From NCBI RefSeq assembly GCF_016432865.1, contig NC_067399.1, positions 5,704,001 through 5,768,000 on the forward strand: DNA of 64,000 nt, in the 5' to 3' direction. The translations under genes and the position numbers were made by a program. The notes beneath the pieces are model-generated. The model searched no databases, had not been told where the DNA came from, and was given only the letters and a program-made list of their open reading frames with translations. Origin of the DNA: Antechinus flavipes (taxonomy: Eukaryota). Positions 35,101 to 44,130 of the stretch are shown one piece after another (position 1 is the first letter of the stretch; the number at the start of each line of letters is the position of its first letter).

Positions 35101-37355
35101 CTAAAATGACCGAGACTTGAAATGTAGCATCACATGCTTTAGTTTCAATGTTAACCCCTAAATATCTCTCAATGGGCTTAGGGCAGGACCAACAATTCTC
35201 CATTTCTCCTCTGCCACGGCACTTGGACCTGTGCTGCCCACCCACCGAGAAGCTCGCTAAAAGTACAGGACTGGCTTGCTGCCTTCGGCCAGAGGACACT
35301 CTTCAGGGCACCCTGGGAAGTCAGTCCCCTGCCACTGGCTCTCATGCCCTCCCCCTGCTGGCTCAGTTCTGCAAAGACAGATGTTCACATTCAAAGCAAG
35401 GAAGGTCATCTCGGGGACAGCAGAGATCTTTTTACACTACTGAGTGCTCACTAAGGCCGGCTTATGGATCCTCTTTTATCTACACAGAATGGTCGAACCG
35501 TGAAGGAGACCCGCTCTCAGAAGCACAACGTCAGCAACGGCTGAGGAGGACGGACGCCGTCCTTCAAATAACCCACGTCCTATCCGTGATTGAGACTTTG
35601 TGGGGAAAAGAGCTTCTCTTGTAATAGAAGGAACAGCAATAAAGAAATTTCCCAAGAAGGGATGGAGGGAGGGAGGGGAAAAGTCGAAACAGAAGCGAGT
35701 TTAAGGGATAATGTTGTAAAAAATTACCCTGGCATGGATTCTGTCAATATAAAGTTATTATTAAATAAAATAAAATTAAAAAAAAAAATTTCCCAAGAAG
35801 GGAATCGGGCTCCTAGGACTCAATCCCAAATGCTCCGTGTAGTGCAAATGAATATTTAAAAACAAACTGGACGACAATAAGCAGTCGGAATTTCTGTAAT
35901 GACATTGGGACGTTCCCTGCTTGAGATAAAGGTGTAAAAATCATGTTCAAATGGAAAATAGAGAGAAATCCCATAAAGGTGGAGGGGGTGCTAAGTGTAA
36001 TAAGAGCTCCTAGTCACCAGGTAAAGGAAGAGAAGGGAGATAAGACCTGGAGCCTGACCAAAGGCCGCCCTGTGGCACAGATACCCGTGAACCCCCCAAT
36101 CACCATCTCAGCTTCTTAGCTCTCTTCAGTACAAAGACCCTACGGAAGCCCTGAGGCCAGAAACCCAAAATAAGTAAGTGTTCTTCCCTTCTTAGGGGAC
36201 GTGGGGGATATTTTAGCTCCAAACTTTGGGGACAGAAGAGCCCCTGGCTCTGGCTGCTCACCTCTTTTAAGACAGCCTTGAAAGAGGATCTTGTGAATCT
36301 CTGGGCCCGGTTTTGGGGGGCCCCGAAGCGCGTCTCGTTCCGTTTGCCCATCACGTCTGCTTTCAGCTTGGGAGCGTCGCCTTCCATGACGAAGAGCAGT
36401 TTTACTCCCATTAAGGTTAGAGATGAGATCCGAAAAAACAGGTTCCTGAACAGCCCAAACAGATCTAAATGAATCCCTGGCTCTGAGAAAAATCGGCGAG
36501 TGGCCAAGCCCTGCCCCCTATGCCCTGAGCCACGGCCGGCCGGCGTTGCCGCCTCACCCCTCTGCGCCCACGTGGATTGACTCTGTCCCTGGGCACATTC
36601 ACCCCAGCTCTCTGTGCCCTCGCAGAGGCAGACTGAGCCTCACACCTCCCCATCCAGCCCAGGAAATGACTTTGGATGTTCCATACACGTTAGATTCATT
36701 TCCTTGTGTTTGTGTCATTTGCCCTAAAAGCATGTAGCCACCTTGTGGGCAGGGAACGTGCCCTGAGGCCTCACACTGTGGCGGATGTGCGATCGCTCTC
36801 AGGCGTCCGGAGGCGATGCTGTGACATGTGAGTGAGCTTGCCTTAAGGGAGGCTGGGCCATGCATTCATCAGCCTCAACCTCTCCCCTGGGGTCACCAGG
36901 CTCTCGGGGCAAGACATAGTCAGGACAGATTGGCAGGCAATGCCACGCTTGCCACTCTTCTCCCATGCCGTGTCTCCTGAATGAGGAGCAGGAAATCTGG
37001 GGAGGTGACGCTCTCAAAAAACTCTGCCCACCACACCCCACGGAAGCAGGGAGACATAAGAATCAAGGCCACGGTGATGGATGTGGCCGCCACGAATCCA
37101 ACGCACCTGAGGTGGGGCTTGACATGGTGCCAGCCAGCTTTCATAAGAAGCAAGGCCACGGGGGACGGACGCGGCCACCATGAATCCAACGCACCTGAGG
37201 TGGGGCTTGACAACGATGCCGACCATCTTTTTGACGGCGAGTGCTTCGCACACCCAGAGACTCAGGTCGACGGCCAGGGTCTTCCCCTGGAGACTCCGGA
37301 GATGGGCGTGCTGCTTAACAGGCTCCAGAATCTGCCACAGATCGTTCACTCCCAT
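21955..37355 (-). CDS. GEN1: GEN1 Holliday junction 5' flap endonuclease (XPG/Rad2 family); 13 coding exons, 2604 nt, 867 aa, intact
   Basis: Exons 37355-37195, 36445-36262, 34799-34623, 33963-33853, 29111-29038, 27410-27319, 26389-26239, 25163-25127, 25031-24951, 24669-24539, 24325-24264, 23808-23659, 23147-21955. All junctions are GT-AG and phases are consistent. Motifs: MGVNDLW, AVDLS, VMEG, GEAEA, DDGD, GCDY, GVPGVG, and the C-terminal SPLPLAQRLKLRFQSS. Confidence 0.97.
23659..23808 (-). CDS. GEN1: GEN1 exon 13, 150 nt
   Basis: HYVMA...LTVEDATLFEAAYPEVVAQYQ...GKQSR; TTCAG| and |GTGAGT. Confidence 0.95.
24264..24325 (-). CDS. GEN1: GEN1 exon 12, 62 nt (chromodomain)
   Basis: ITRSRLRSGIPCLEILWQKP; CCAG| and |GTGTGT. 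Confidence 0.94.
24539..24669 (-). CDS. GEN1: GEN1 exon 11, 131 nt
   Basis: IFALEKLEWPRHYACEKLMGLLAHHDMVERELG...LRPL(R); TCCAG| and |GTAAC. Confidence 0.95.
24951..25031 (-). CDS. GEN1: GEN1 exon 10, 81 nt
   Basis: VIREFQVNKDRVTKKICFQRPNLLSFQ; CCAG| and |GTGCGT. Confidence 0.95.
25127..25163 (-). CDS. GEN1: GEN1 exon 9, 37 nt
   Basis: KACACQGFPFPE; CTAG| and |GTAAC. Confidence 0.93.
26239..26389 (-). CDS. GEN1: GEN1 exon 8, 151 nt
   Basis: SPADHELRGCRLCGSERYCEPHDPKYRCLCEWH...NSVK(K); CGCAG| and |GTGGGT. Confidence 0.95.
27319..27410 (-). CDS. GEN1: GEN1 exon 7, 92 nt
   Basis: FDQWKEESHSPDPPPAPVRKPVHCSVCAHP(G); TCCAG| and |GTAGG. Confidence 0.95.
27517..27670. repeat. 44-45 bp tandem repeat, ~3.5 copies, alternating A/B, GEN1 intron 6
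   Basis: GGAAACCGCCCCCGATCTGC at 27536, 27581 and 27625. Confidence 0.9.
29038..29111 (-). CDS. GEN1: GEN1 exon 6, 74 nt
   Basis: GVPGVGKELALKLVRSLKGQSLLQ(K); GAAG| and |GTAAGT. Confidence 0.95.
31165..31371 (-). mobile_element. MAR1-like SINE nested in L1
   Basis: TTATTTCAGTTGTGTCC...CATTTTACAGAG...AACTGAGGC...GATTTGAACTCAGG. Confidence 0.7.
31437..31816 (+). mobile_element. 5'-truncated L1 with a 3'-transduced segment and 13 bp TSD
   Basis: TSD AGAAATGGGAACT at 31424-31436 and 31817-31829; L1 3' end, A18 (31688-31705), ~100 bp non-L1 segment, ATTAAA (31786-31791), then a second A tail. Confidence 0.8.
32312..32927 (+). mobile_element. Probable solo LTR
   Basis: TG...CA ends, TATATAA at 32594-32600 and AATAAA at 32792-32797 in U3-R-U5 order; no clear TSD. 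Confidence 0.55.
33853..33963 (-). CDS. GEN1: GEN1 exon 5, 111 nt
   Basis: DPHVDCYTMSSIKRDLGLDRDALIGLAVLLGCDYLPK; TTAG| and |GTAAG. Confidence 0.96.
34623..34799 (-). CDS. GEN1: GEN1 exon 4, 177 nt
   Basis: CLDLLECLGVPWVQAAGEAEAMCA...NFTMNVK; CTAG| and |GTATGT. Confidence 0.96.
35663..35785 (+). mobile_element. Extremely 5'-truncated L1 3' stub with ~18 bp TSD
   Basis: AAATTTCCCAAGAAGGGA at 35645-35662 and 35786-35803 flanks a G-rich tract, GGGATAATGTTGTAAAAAATTACCC and an A-rich tail. Confidence 0.85.
36262..36445 (-). CDS. GEN1: GEN1 exon 3, 184 nt
   Basis: NLFFRISSLTLMGVKLLFVMEG...KAVLKE; TTCAG| and |GTGAGC. Confidence 0.96.
37055..37212. repeat. Tandem duplication (~88 bp period) spanning the GEN1 exon 2 / intron 2 boundary
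   Basis: Copies at 37055-37124 and 37142-37212 share a perfect 31 bp GAATCCAACGCACCTGAGGTGGGGCTTGACA. Confidence 0.92.
37195..37355 (-). CDS. GEN1: GEN1 coding exon 1 (exon 2; probable acceptor at 37381), 161 nt
   Basis: MGVNDLWQILEPVKQ...KPHL(R); donor CAG|GTGCGT. Confidence 0.96.
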
Positions 37356-38719
37356 GCTGGTCTTCTCCGATGTTAGGAAAACTGTTTAACAGAAGGATTT
37401 AATGGTTCCAAATAAAAAATTTAGATGTTATGTGGAAAAGAGTCTTAAAAAGGTGATAGCTCTGCTTTCCCATTACTAGTCCTCAAATGAAAAAATTAAC
37501 ACAAATTCAATAATCATCAATTAAAAACATGTCAAGACAATGAAGAAACGACACAAGAAAATAGGAACCTGTGCCCCGCGGGGTCTGTCTGCAAAACAAA
37601 CAGATGTGGGGGAATCCTTTGAGTCCTCACTGGGACGCAATTAAAAGGACTGACAAGTCACTGTTTACCCGTTCCCTTTATCAGGAGAGAAACTCAATGG
37701 GATCCTCACATCAACCAAGAGCATTAAGCTAGAAGAAAGTCCTTCGCTGATGTGAGAGAATGAAAGCTGGGAGTGAAGGTCACCTCTATGGAAAATGGGG
37801 TCAAGTAAAACAGGAGCCCGGTCAAAGCCACGGCAAAGGAACTGACTGGGGAGCAGGGAGGAAGAGAGAGGGGGCCTCTGTCTCTGCTGTTCTTGACCAG
37901 GGGATGGCTCATGTGAGTCCTGACAGTGCCCCCCATATCAACAGCATTTCATGGTCCCATCTGTGTGGGGCCTGAGAATCCCGGAAGAAAGCCACCCCAC
38001 ACCTAAAAAGTCCTTCAGGGGGACCCCATGATGGGAAGAACACGCGTTCTCATCTCTGAGGAGCTGTAAATTACCCCTTGCCCCCGAGTCTCCCTGGCCT
38101 GTAGCCCCTCATCCTCTGGAATCACCATGGAATCGAGGGAGCCGGGGCTTCTAGTTGGGAGGATGTTTGTACCAAGAGGCTAGCATGACATCACTGGGTA
38201 AATACTTATTCTGAAGCTCGTTAAGTCTGACTGGCTAATGCATCCCAAATAAGGAGAGAAACAGCACAATGGAGGGCACCCATGAGCTGGTGTGAGAAAC
38301 CGGCCCTGGACCTTTCAGGGTCCTCAAAACCCTGAGGGGAGAAAAATAAGAATGGCCCAAAGTGATGTGGACTTGAAAAGGATCCTCCATCACCCTTTCT
38401 CAACAAGGCAACTATTCCCTACATCCCCTTTGCAAAGGCTCCATTAGTCGGCGTCCCCTTCTCATGCCTCCCTTGTGACTGTAGGCCCAATCCACTGGTT
38501 TCTGAGCCCTTTGTCGAAACTGTACAGCAGCTTTCCTCCCTGGACCATGATGCAGGATGGAGGCAGGGTCCCGATTCTGGGACCCCAGCACAAAAGGAAG
38601 CTAACATGAGGCTGGAGGGGCAGGGCCAAAGAGGCCGAAAGCAGATTGGCTGATGGGCCACGGAGAGAAGACTGCTGGAGGTCTGGGAGCTCAGGTGGTG
38701 AAGGGCCGGCCTCATGTGG

Positions 38720-39130
38720 ACAGATGAAAAGGGGAAAGAAGTGCAGCCAGGTGGGAGGGAGAGCCGGCGGGCCCAGGCCCCCTCCTTAAATGGAGGTTTG
38801 GGGAGGAGCTCCCCACTTCTCCCATCAGAGGGCTCACCATCACTCCTCCCTCCGCTACCAGGCCAGAGCTCCACACTTCCTCAGCCAAACTCCAGAAGAT
38901 GAGCTTCTCGTTCCCTCCACTTCCCCCACTCACCCTTTTGCAAGCTGGCCTCTTATCCCCACTTGGCTGAAACTGTTCTCTCCAAAGGAACCTCTTAGCC
39001 GCTCAAAAATCACAAGTCTCTTCTCCAACCAATCCGACGGCCGGTCTGGGTCGCTGGCCCCGCTGACCACCTCTCTCCCCACTTAATTTTAAACTCCTGT
39101 CTCCAGGTCCTCCTACCTAGCTCATTACTT
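38720..39130 (+). mobile_element. Degenerate L2 fragment
   Basis: GGCTGAAACTGTTCTCTCCAAAGG...CTCTTCTCCAACCAATCC resembles L2 ORF2 sequence. Confidence 0.4.
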
Positions 39131-40089
39131 CTGCTCAGCTCCTGAATCTGCCAGCTTCTCTCTGCTCACACTGCCCCTCCCCCAGCCTCTGACTGGGCTG
39201 CATGGCCAGGATGGTACATCACAATTGGCCCCAAGCTGCCCTGCCAGCCTCCTTGGAGGTGGCCAGCCCTCTGGGAGCCAGCCCAACTTGCCCTCTGTTC
39301 TGGAGTCCCTCTCTTCCTTCAAAAAGCAGCCCCTGCCACGTGGAGTTAATTCCGAGCTTCTTATTTCTAGCACCCGCTCGCCCTTCCCAGGCACTCTGGG
39401 ATGAGACTTTCTGATTCTTTTGGTTTTATTTGACACATTTTTCTGCGTGGTTGTGTCTCCCACAACAGGATAAAAAGTTGCCGAGCTGGTGTTCCCTTAC
39501 TTTGGTCTTGTTTCCCCAGGACGTGGCACAGCGTCTGCCCGCCGTGGCGGGCACTGACCTGCTTAGTGACTGGCCGTTCACTCCACTTGCGGTGAAGCAG
39601 CTGGAACATTGAGCCCCTTTGGAATCAAGGTCCAGTGCACATTTATGAGGCAGGTGACCCTCCCCCCAAGTCAACTCAAACTTTGTAATTTTCAGTTTCA
39701 TTAACTGAAAAACGGTCACGCTAATCGTCACTCACAGTAAAGGAAACGCTTCTTAAAGCGCCACATGCACACGTGTACATATATGTGTGGATACATACGT
39801 ATGTTCATACAAAACATCACCAAATGTGTTTTTAAAAACTCAAACAGGACCCGCACATGCCATTCAAAGGCAACAAGTGAACCCCCAGCTAGGGAAGCTC
39901 CAGCATGAACCGGCAGAAGTGCTCCTAAGAGCAGAGCGCCCCCCACTGGGCATCTCACAAAGGCGAGCTGTGAAGGGAAGGCAGCCTGGTCTGCCAGCTT
40001 ATGACATCTCCCTTCCTATCTCCCTACATCGCCTCTGGGCTGAGCCTCAGACAAGAGGCTCCTCCGAACAACATTTGCTCATGAGCTCA

Positions 40090-41907
40090 GGCCGGGCCCA
40101 GGCTCCGGCTGTCCCTGCCGCAGTGGGGGTCGGGCCCAGGCTCCCGGACGAGGCTCTGGCTGTCCCTCCTGCAGTGGGGGCCGGGCCCAGGCTGTCCCTG
40201 CCGCAGTGGGGCCGGGCCCAGGCTCCCGGACGAGGCTCCAGCTGTCCCTGCCTCAGTGGGCCGGGCCCAGGCTCCCGGACGAGGCTCCGGCTGTCCTTGC
40301 CGCAGTGGGGCCGGGCCCAGGCTCCCGGACGAGGCTCCGGCTGTCCCTCCTGCAGTGGGGCCGGGCCCAGGCTCCCGGACGAGGCTCTGGCTGTCCCTGC
40401 CTCAGTGGGCCGGGCCCAGGCTCCCAGACGAGGCTCCGGCTGTCCCTGCTGCAGTGGGGGCCGGGCCCAGGCTGTCCCTGCCGCAGTGGGGGCCGGGCCC
40501 AGGCTCCCGGACGAGGCTCCGGCTGTCCCTCCTGCAGTGGGGGCCGGGCCCAGGCTCCCGGACGAGGCTCCGGCTGTCCCTGCCGCAGTGGGGGTCGGGC
40601 CCAGGCTCCCGGACGAGGCTCCGGCTGTCCCTGCCGCAGTGGGGGTCGGGCCCAGGCTCCCGGACGAGGCTCCGGCTGTCCCTGCTGCAGTGGGGGCCGG
40701 GCCCAGGCTGTCCCTGCCGCAGTGGGGGCTGGGCCCAGGCTCCCGGACGAGGCTCCGGCTGTCCCTGCCGCAGTGGGGGCCGGGCCCAGGCTCCCGGACG
40801 AGGCTCCGGCTGTCCCTGCCGCAGTGGGGGCCGGGCCCAGGCTCCAGACGAGGCTCCGGCTGTCCCTGCCGCAGTGGGGGCCGGGCCCAGGCTCCCAGAC
40901 GAGGCTCCGGCTGTCCCTGCCGCAGTGGGGGGGGCCGGGCCCAGGCTCCCGGACGAGGCTCCGGCTGTCCCTGCCGCAGTGGGGGCCGGGCCCAGGCTCC
41001 CGGACGAGGCTCCGGCTGTCCCTGCCGCAGTGGGGGCCGGGCCCAGGCTCCCAGACGAGGCTCCGGCTGTCCCTGCCGCAGTGGGGGCCGGGCCCAGGCT
41101 GTCCCTGCTGCAGTGGGGGCCGGGCCCAGGCTGTCCCTGCCGCAGTGGGGGCCGGGCCCAGGCTCCCGGACGAGGCTCCAGCTGTCCCTGCCGCAGTGGG
41201 GGCCGGGCCCAGGCTCCCGGACGAGGCTCCGGCTGTCCCTGCCGCAGTGGGGCCGGGCCCAGGCTCCCGACGAGGCTCCGGCTGTCCCTGCCGCAGTGGG
41301 GCCGGGCCCAGGCTCCCAGACGAGGCTCCGGCTGTCCCTGCCGCAGTGGGGGGGGCCGGGCCCAGGCTCCCGGACGAGGCTCCGGCTGTCCCTGCCGCAG
41401 TGGGGCCGGGCCCAGGCTCCCAGACGAGGCTCCGGCTGTCCCTGCCGCAGTGGGGCCGGGCCCAGGCTCCCAGACGAGGCTCCGGCTGTCCCTGCCGCAG
41501 TGGGGCCGGGCCCAGGCTCCCGGACGAGGCTCCGGCTGTCCCTGCTGCAGTGGGGGCCAGGCCCAGGCTCCCGGACGAGGCTCCGGCTGTCCCTGCTGCA
41601 GTGGGGGCCGGGCCAGGCTCCCGGACCAGGCTCCGGCTGTCCCTGCTGCAGTGGGGGCCAGACCCAGGCTCCCGGACGAGGCTCCGCTGTCCCTGCCGCA
41701 GTGGGGCCGGGCCCAGGCTCCCAGACGAGGCTCCGGCTGTCCCTGCCGCAGTGGGGGCCGGGCCCAGGCTCCCGGACGAGGCTCCGGCTGTCCCTGCTGC
41801 AGTGGGGGCCAGGCCCAGGCTCCCGGACGAGGCTCCGGCTGTCCCTGCTGCAGTGGGGGCCAGGCCCAGGCTCCCAGACGAGGCTCCGGCTGTCCCTGCT
41901 GCAGTGG
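40090..41907. repeat. GC-rich VNTR in GEN1 intron 1; 51 bp unit with 31 bp short variants, ~38 copies
   Basis: Consensus GGGCCGGGCCCAGGCTCCCGGACGAGGCTCCGGCTGTCCCTGCCGCAGTGG; 38 CAGTGG anchors counted; G-run length varies between units. Confidence 0.98.
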
Positions 41908-42725
41908 ACTGGGCCAAACCAAGCAGCCCAGATGGGGTTTACCCTGGTAAATGTCCTGACATTCCCAGGAACTGCCATCAGGATGGAGGACGAACGCCCC
42001 CTGCTGGACTCTGATGGGGTGGCACGGGCGCAGCTTCTCCGGGTCCATGGGGCAGTCCCTCATTTAACTGAGATCCCCACAGTCCCAATGGTCGGAGCTG
42101 CTCCCGGCCCCGGCTTCCATCTCCCAGGGCCCCGAGAGCCTCCACCCATCCAGACCTCCATCCTGTGAATGGGGGTCGCCCCTGGGCGGGCTCCGGGAGC
42201 GCCCGGACACCCCCGCCCCGGCCGGGGCTCCCCGCCCCCAGAGGCGGAAGGGCTTCGGAGGGAAGCCCGCCTAAGGGGGGCCCCAGGAGGGGTGCGGGGC
42301 CCAGGAAGCAGGGGCGGCTAGGGACCCACCTGACAGGGGAGGAAGCTGTCCGGGAGCAAGTGCCCCGCGGCTGGATTTGCACTCGCTCTGGGAAGCAGAG
42401 ATGGGTCTGTCATTGAAAGGGGGAGGGAGGAACCGGAGGCGGTGCCCAGCGCGGAGCGGGGGTGCTGGGCTGTCCGCATTGGGAGGGCCCAGAAGCTAGA
42501 GCCTGGGGTGGGGGGACTCAGCCTAGAACACGAGGGGGTGTCTGTGCTGGGAAGGGGCCCGGGGGTCACATGGTCCTGCGGGGGCGGCGCTCCAGCCCCT
42601 CAACGCACCACCCCCGCTCCGGAGGCGACGCAAAATCCGAGCAGCCCCAGGCTCGGCCTCGGCCGCCCCGTCCCTCCCATTCTCCCCCGGGGTCCGTCCC
42701 CATTTCGGGCCCGCACCCCACTTAC

Positions 42726-42790
42726 CGTGAAGGCGCCGACGGGTGCAGAAGTCTCTGAGGCCGAGGCCGTCGCTGACTTCCCAGTTCTAA
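42726..42790 (-). other. GEN1: Probable GEN1 non-coding exon 1; TSS approximate
   Basis: Consensus donor ACG|GTAAG at 42726/42725, immediately downstream of CCAAT and GC boxes. Confidence 0.6.
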
Positions 42791-43029
42791 ATTGGCGCTC
42801 GCGCCTGGCCCCGCCCCTGAGCGGATGGACAGATTCCTCTGCCAATGGGAAACGCCGTCTTCCTTGCCCCGCCCCTCGTCTACCGGTTCCGGCTCCGGGA
42901 ACCGTCAGTACCGCCTTGGAAGGGCGGCCCCATGGGGCGCAAGCGCAGTATTGCCCAGCTCGGCTTCGCCCGAGGAATCGCGGGAAACTGCCGCTTCCCA
43001 GCCGAGATTCAGTCGGGGCCGTGCGGGGG

Positions 43030-43271
43030 CGGAGCGGCAGTTGCGCAAGCGCAAAGGGAGAGCTGGCTGCTGCCCCTCTCCTTCCGTAGTACAGTGGAGC
43101 GTTTTATCCTTATTGCAGCGGCTGGTTTTGGCGGGTTCCGTGGGCAGCCCGAGCCGCGGGCTCCCGTGGGGGCGAAGGCCAGGACGCCTGCGTGGTTTGG
43201 GGGGAACTGAACCCTCAAGTCGCTAAGTCCCACCGCCATCCTCCGCGCAGCGGCTCCTTGAACCTCGGCAG
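43030..43271 (+). other. SMC6: Candidate SMC6 non-coding exon 1; start uncertain
   Basis: Donor GCAG|GTAGGA at 43271/43272 downstream of the promoter motifs. Confidence 0.4.
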
Positions 43272-44130
43272 GTAGGAGGGGGAGGCCCTGAGGGATAAAG
43301 TTCAAGTTCTCTCAGGCGGAGAAAGGGGGGCGGGGTGGTGGAGACACAGACCCGAGGTAGAGACGTTCGTGGGGGGGACTGTCAGGACCAATGCGCGGAG
43401 GTGGGAGACGATGGGAAGGGCCGGAGGGGGGAGGCGGGTGGCGGCGTCCTCCTGTCCTTGCTGTGAGCACTTAAGGGGCGCCTACTGTATACCAACAAAA
43501 GCTCCAGGCAGCGCCTGCTCCGAACCCTGATTTAGAATCCTGGGGGGATGGGAGAGGGAGAAAGAGGAGAAAAGGAGAGGGGGAATCGAGGAACAGGAAG
43601 GAGGGAGAAAGAGAGAAACGGGGAAGGGAGAGGATGGGGGCGACTGAACCCTGTGGGGGAGGAGCACATCCCCTCTGGGGACTGGGTGGTCAAGAGGAGG
43701 CCCCTTGGGGGGTACAGATGACCACTAAGTGGTCACCAGGAGCTCCCTTGAGGGAGGGCATATGCCCACTGGGCTCTCAGCAGGGGGGCACATGTCTGCT
43801 GGACCCAGTAGATGGCGCCGTGCAGGAGTGGTACAGATGCCCGCTGGGCAGGAGGCCGTCCCTCCATTTCTGACTTGGGCCTTGTTCCCTGGAGGCCCCA
43901 GACCCCCTGGCAGCTCCGCGAGGGGCCCTTGCCTTCTCCATCTCCTTTGATGAGGAACCCGAGGCAGGCAGGGTGGCGCGCTGTCCAGGGGCCGCCCTGC
44001 GGGAGGTCCTGGGTTTTTGTGATCCCTGCGGGCTGATAAGCAGGCTCGGGAGCCCAGAGGGCCCCTTGCCGAGCGCTGGGTCGGCCGCTGGGCCCCTTGA
44101 TCCAGAGCTCCGTGAAACGCCCAAACCGCC

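Larger units (their letters stand above)
42600..43300. promoter_or_regulatory. GEN1/SMC6 bidirectional CpG-island promoter
   Basis: Genes are head-to-head. ATTGG 42791-42795 and CCAAT 42842-42846; GC boxes near 42809 and 42867; E2F site CGCGGGAAA 42979-42987 and TTGGCGC 42792-42798; NRF1-like GCGCAAGCGCA near 42937 and 43043; ETS-like TTCCGG. Confidence 0.85.

Noticed and set aside
40090-41907. CTCF motif in the 51 bp VNTR (GCCGCAGTGGGGG)
   Set aside because: It has three mismatches at core positions, much weaker than the 44 kb array.
39787-42168. Six long ORFs (553-793 aa) on both strands
   Set aside because: They are translations of the stop-free 51 bp VNTR, with frames switching at G-run indels. 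There is no homology to a known protein, and the region is in GEN1 intron 1.
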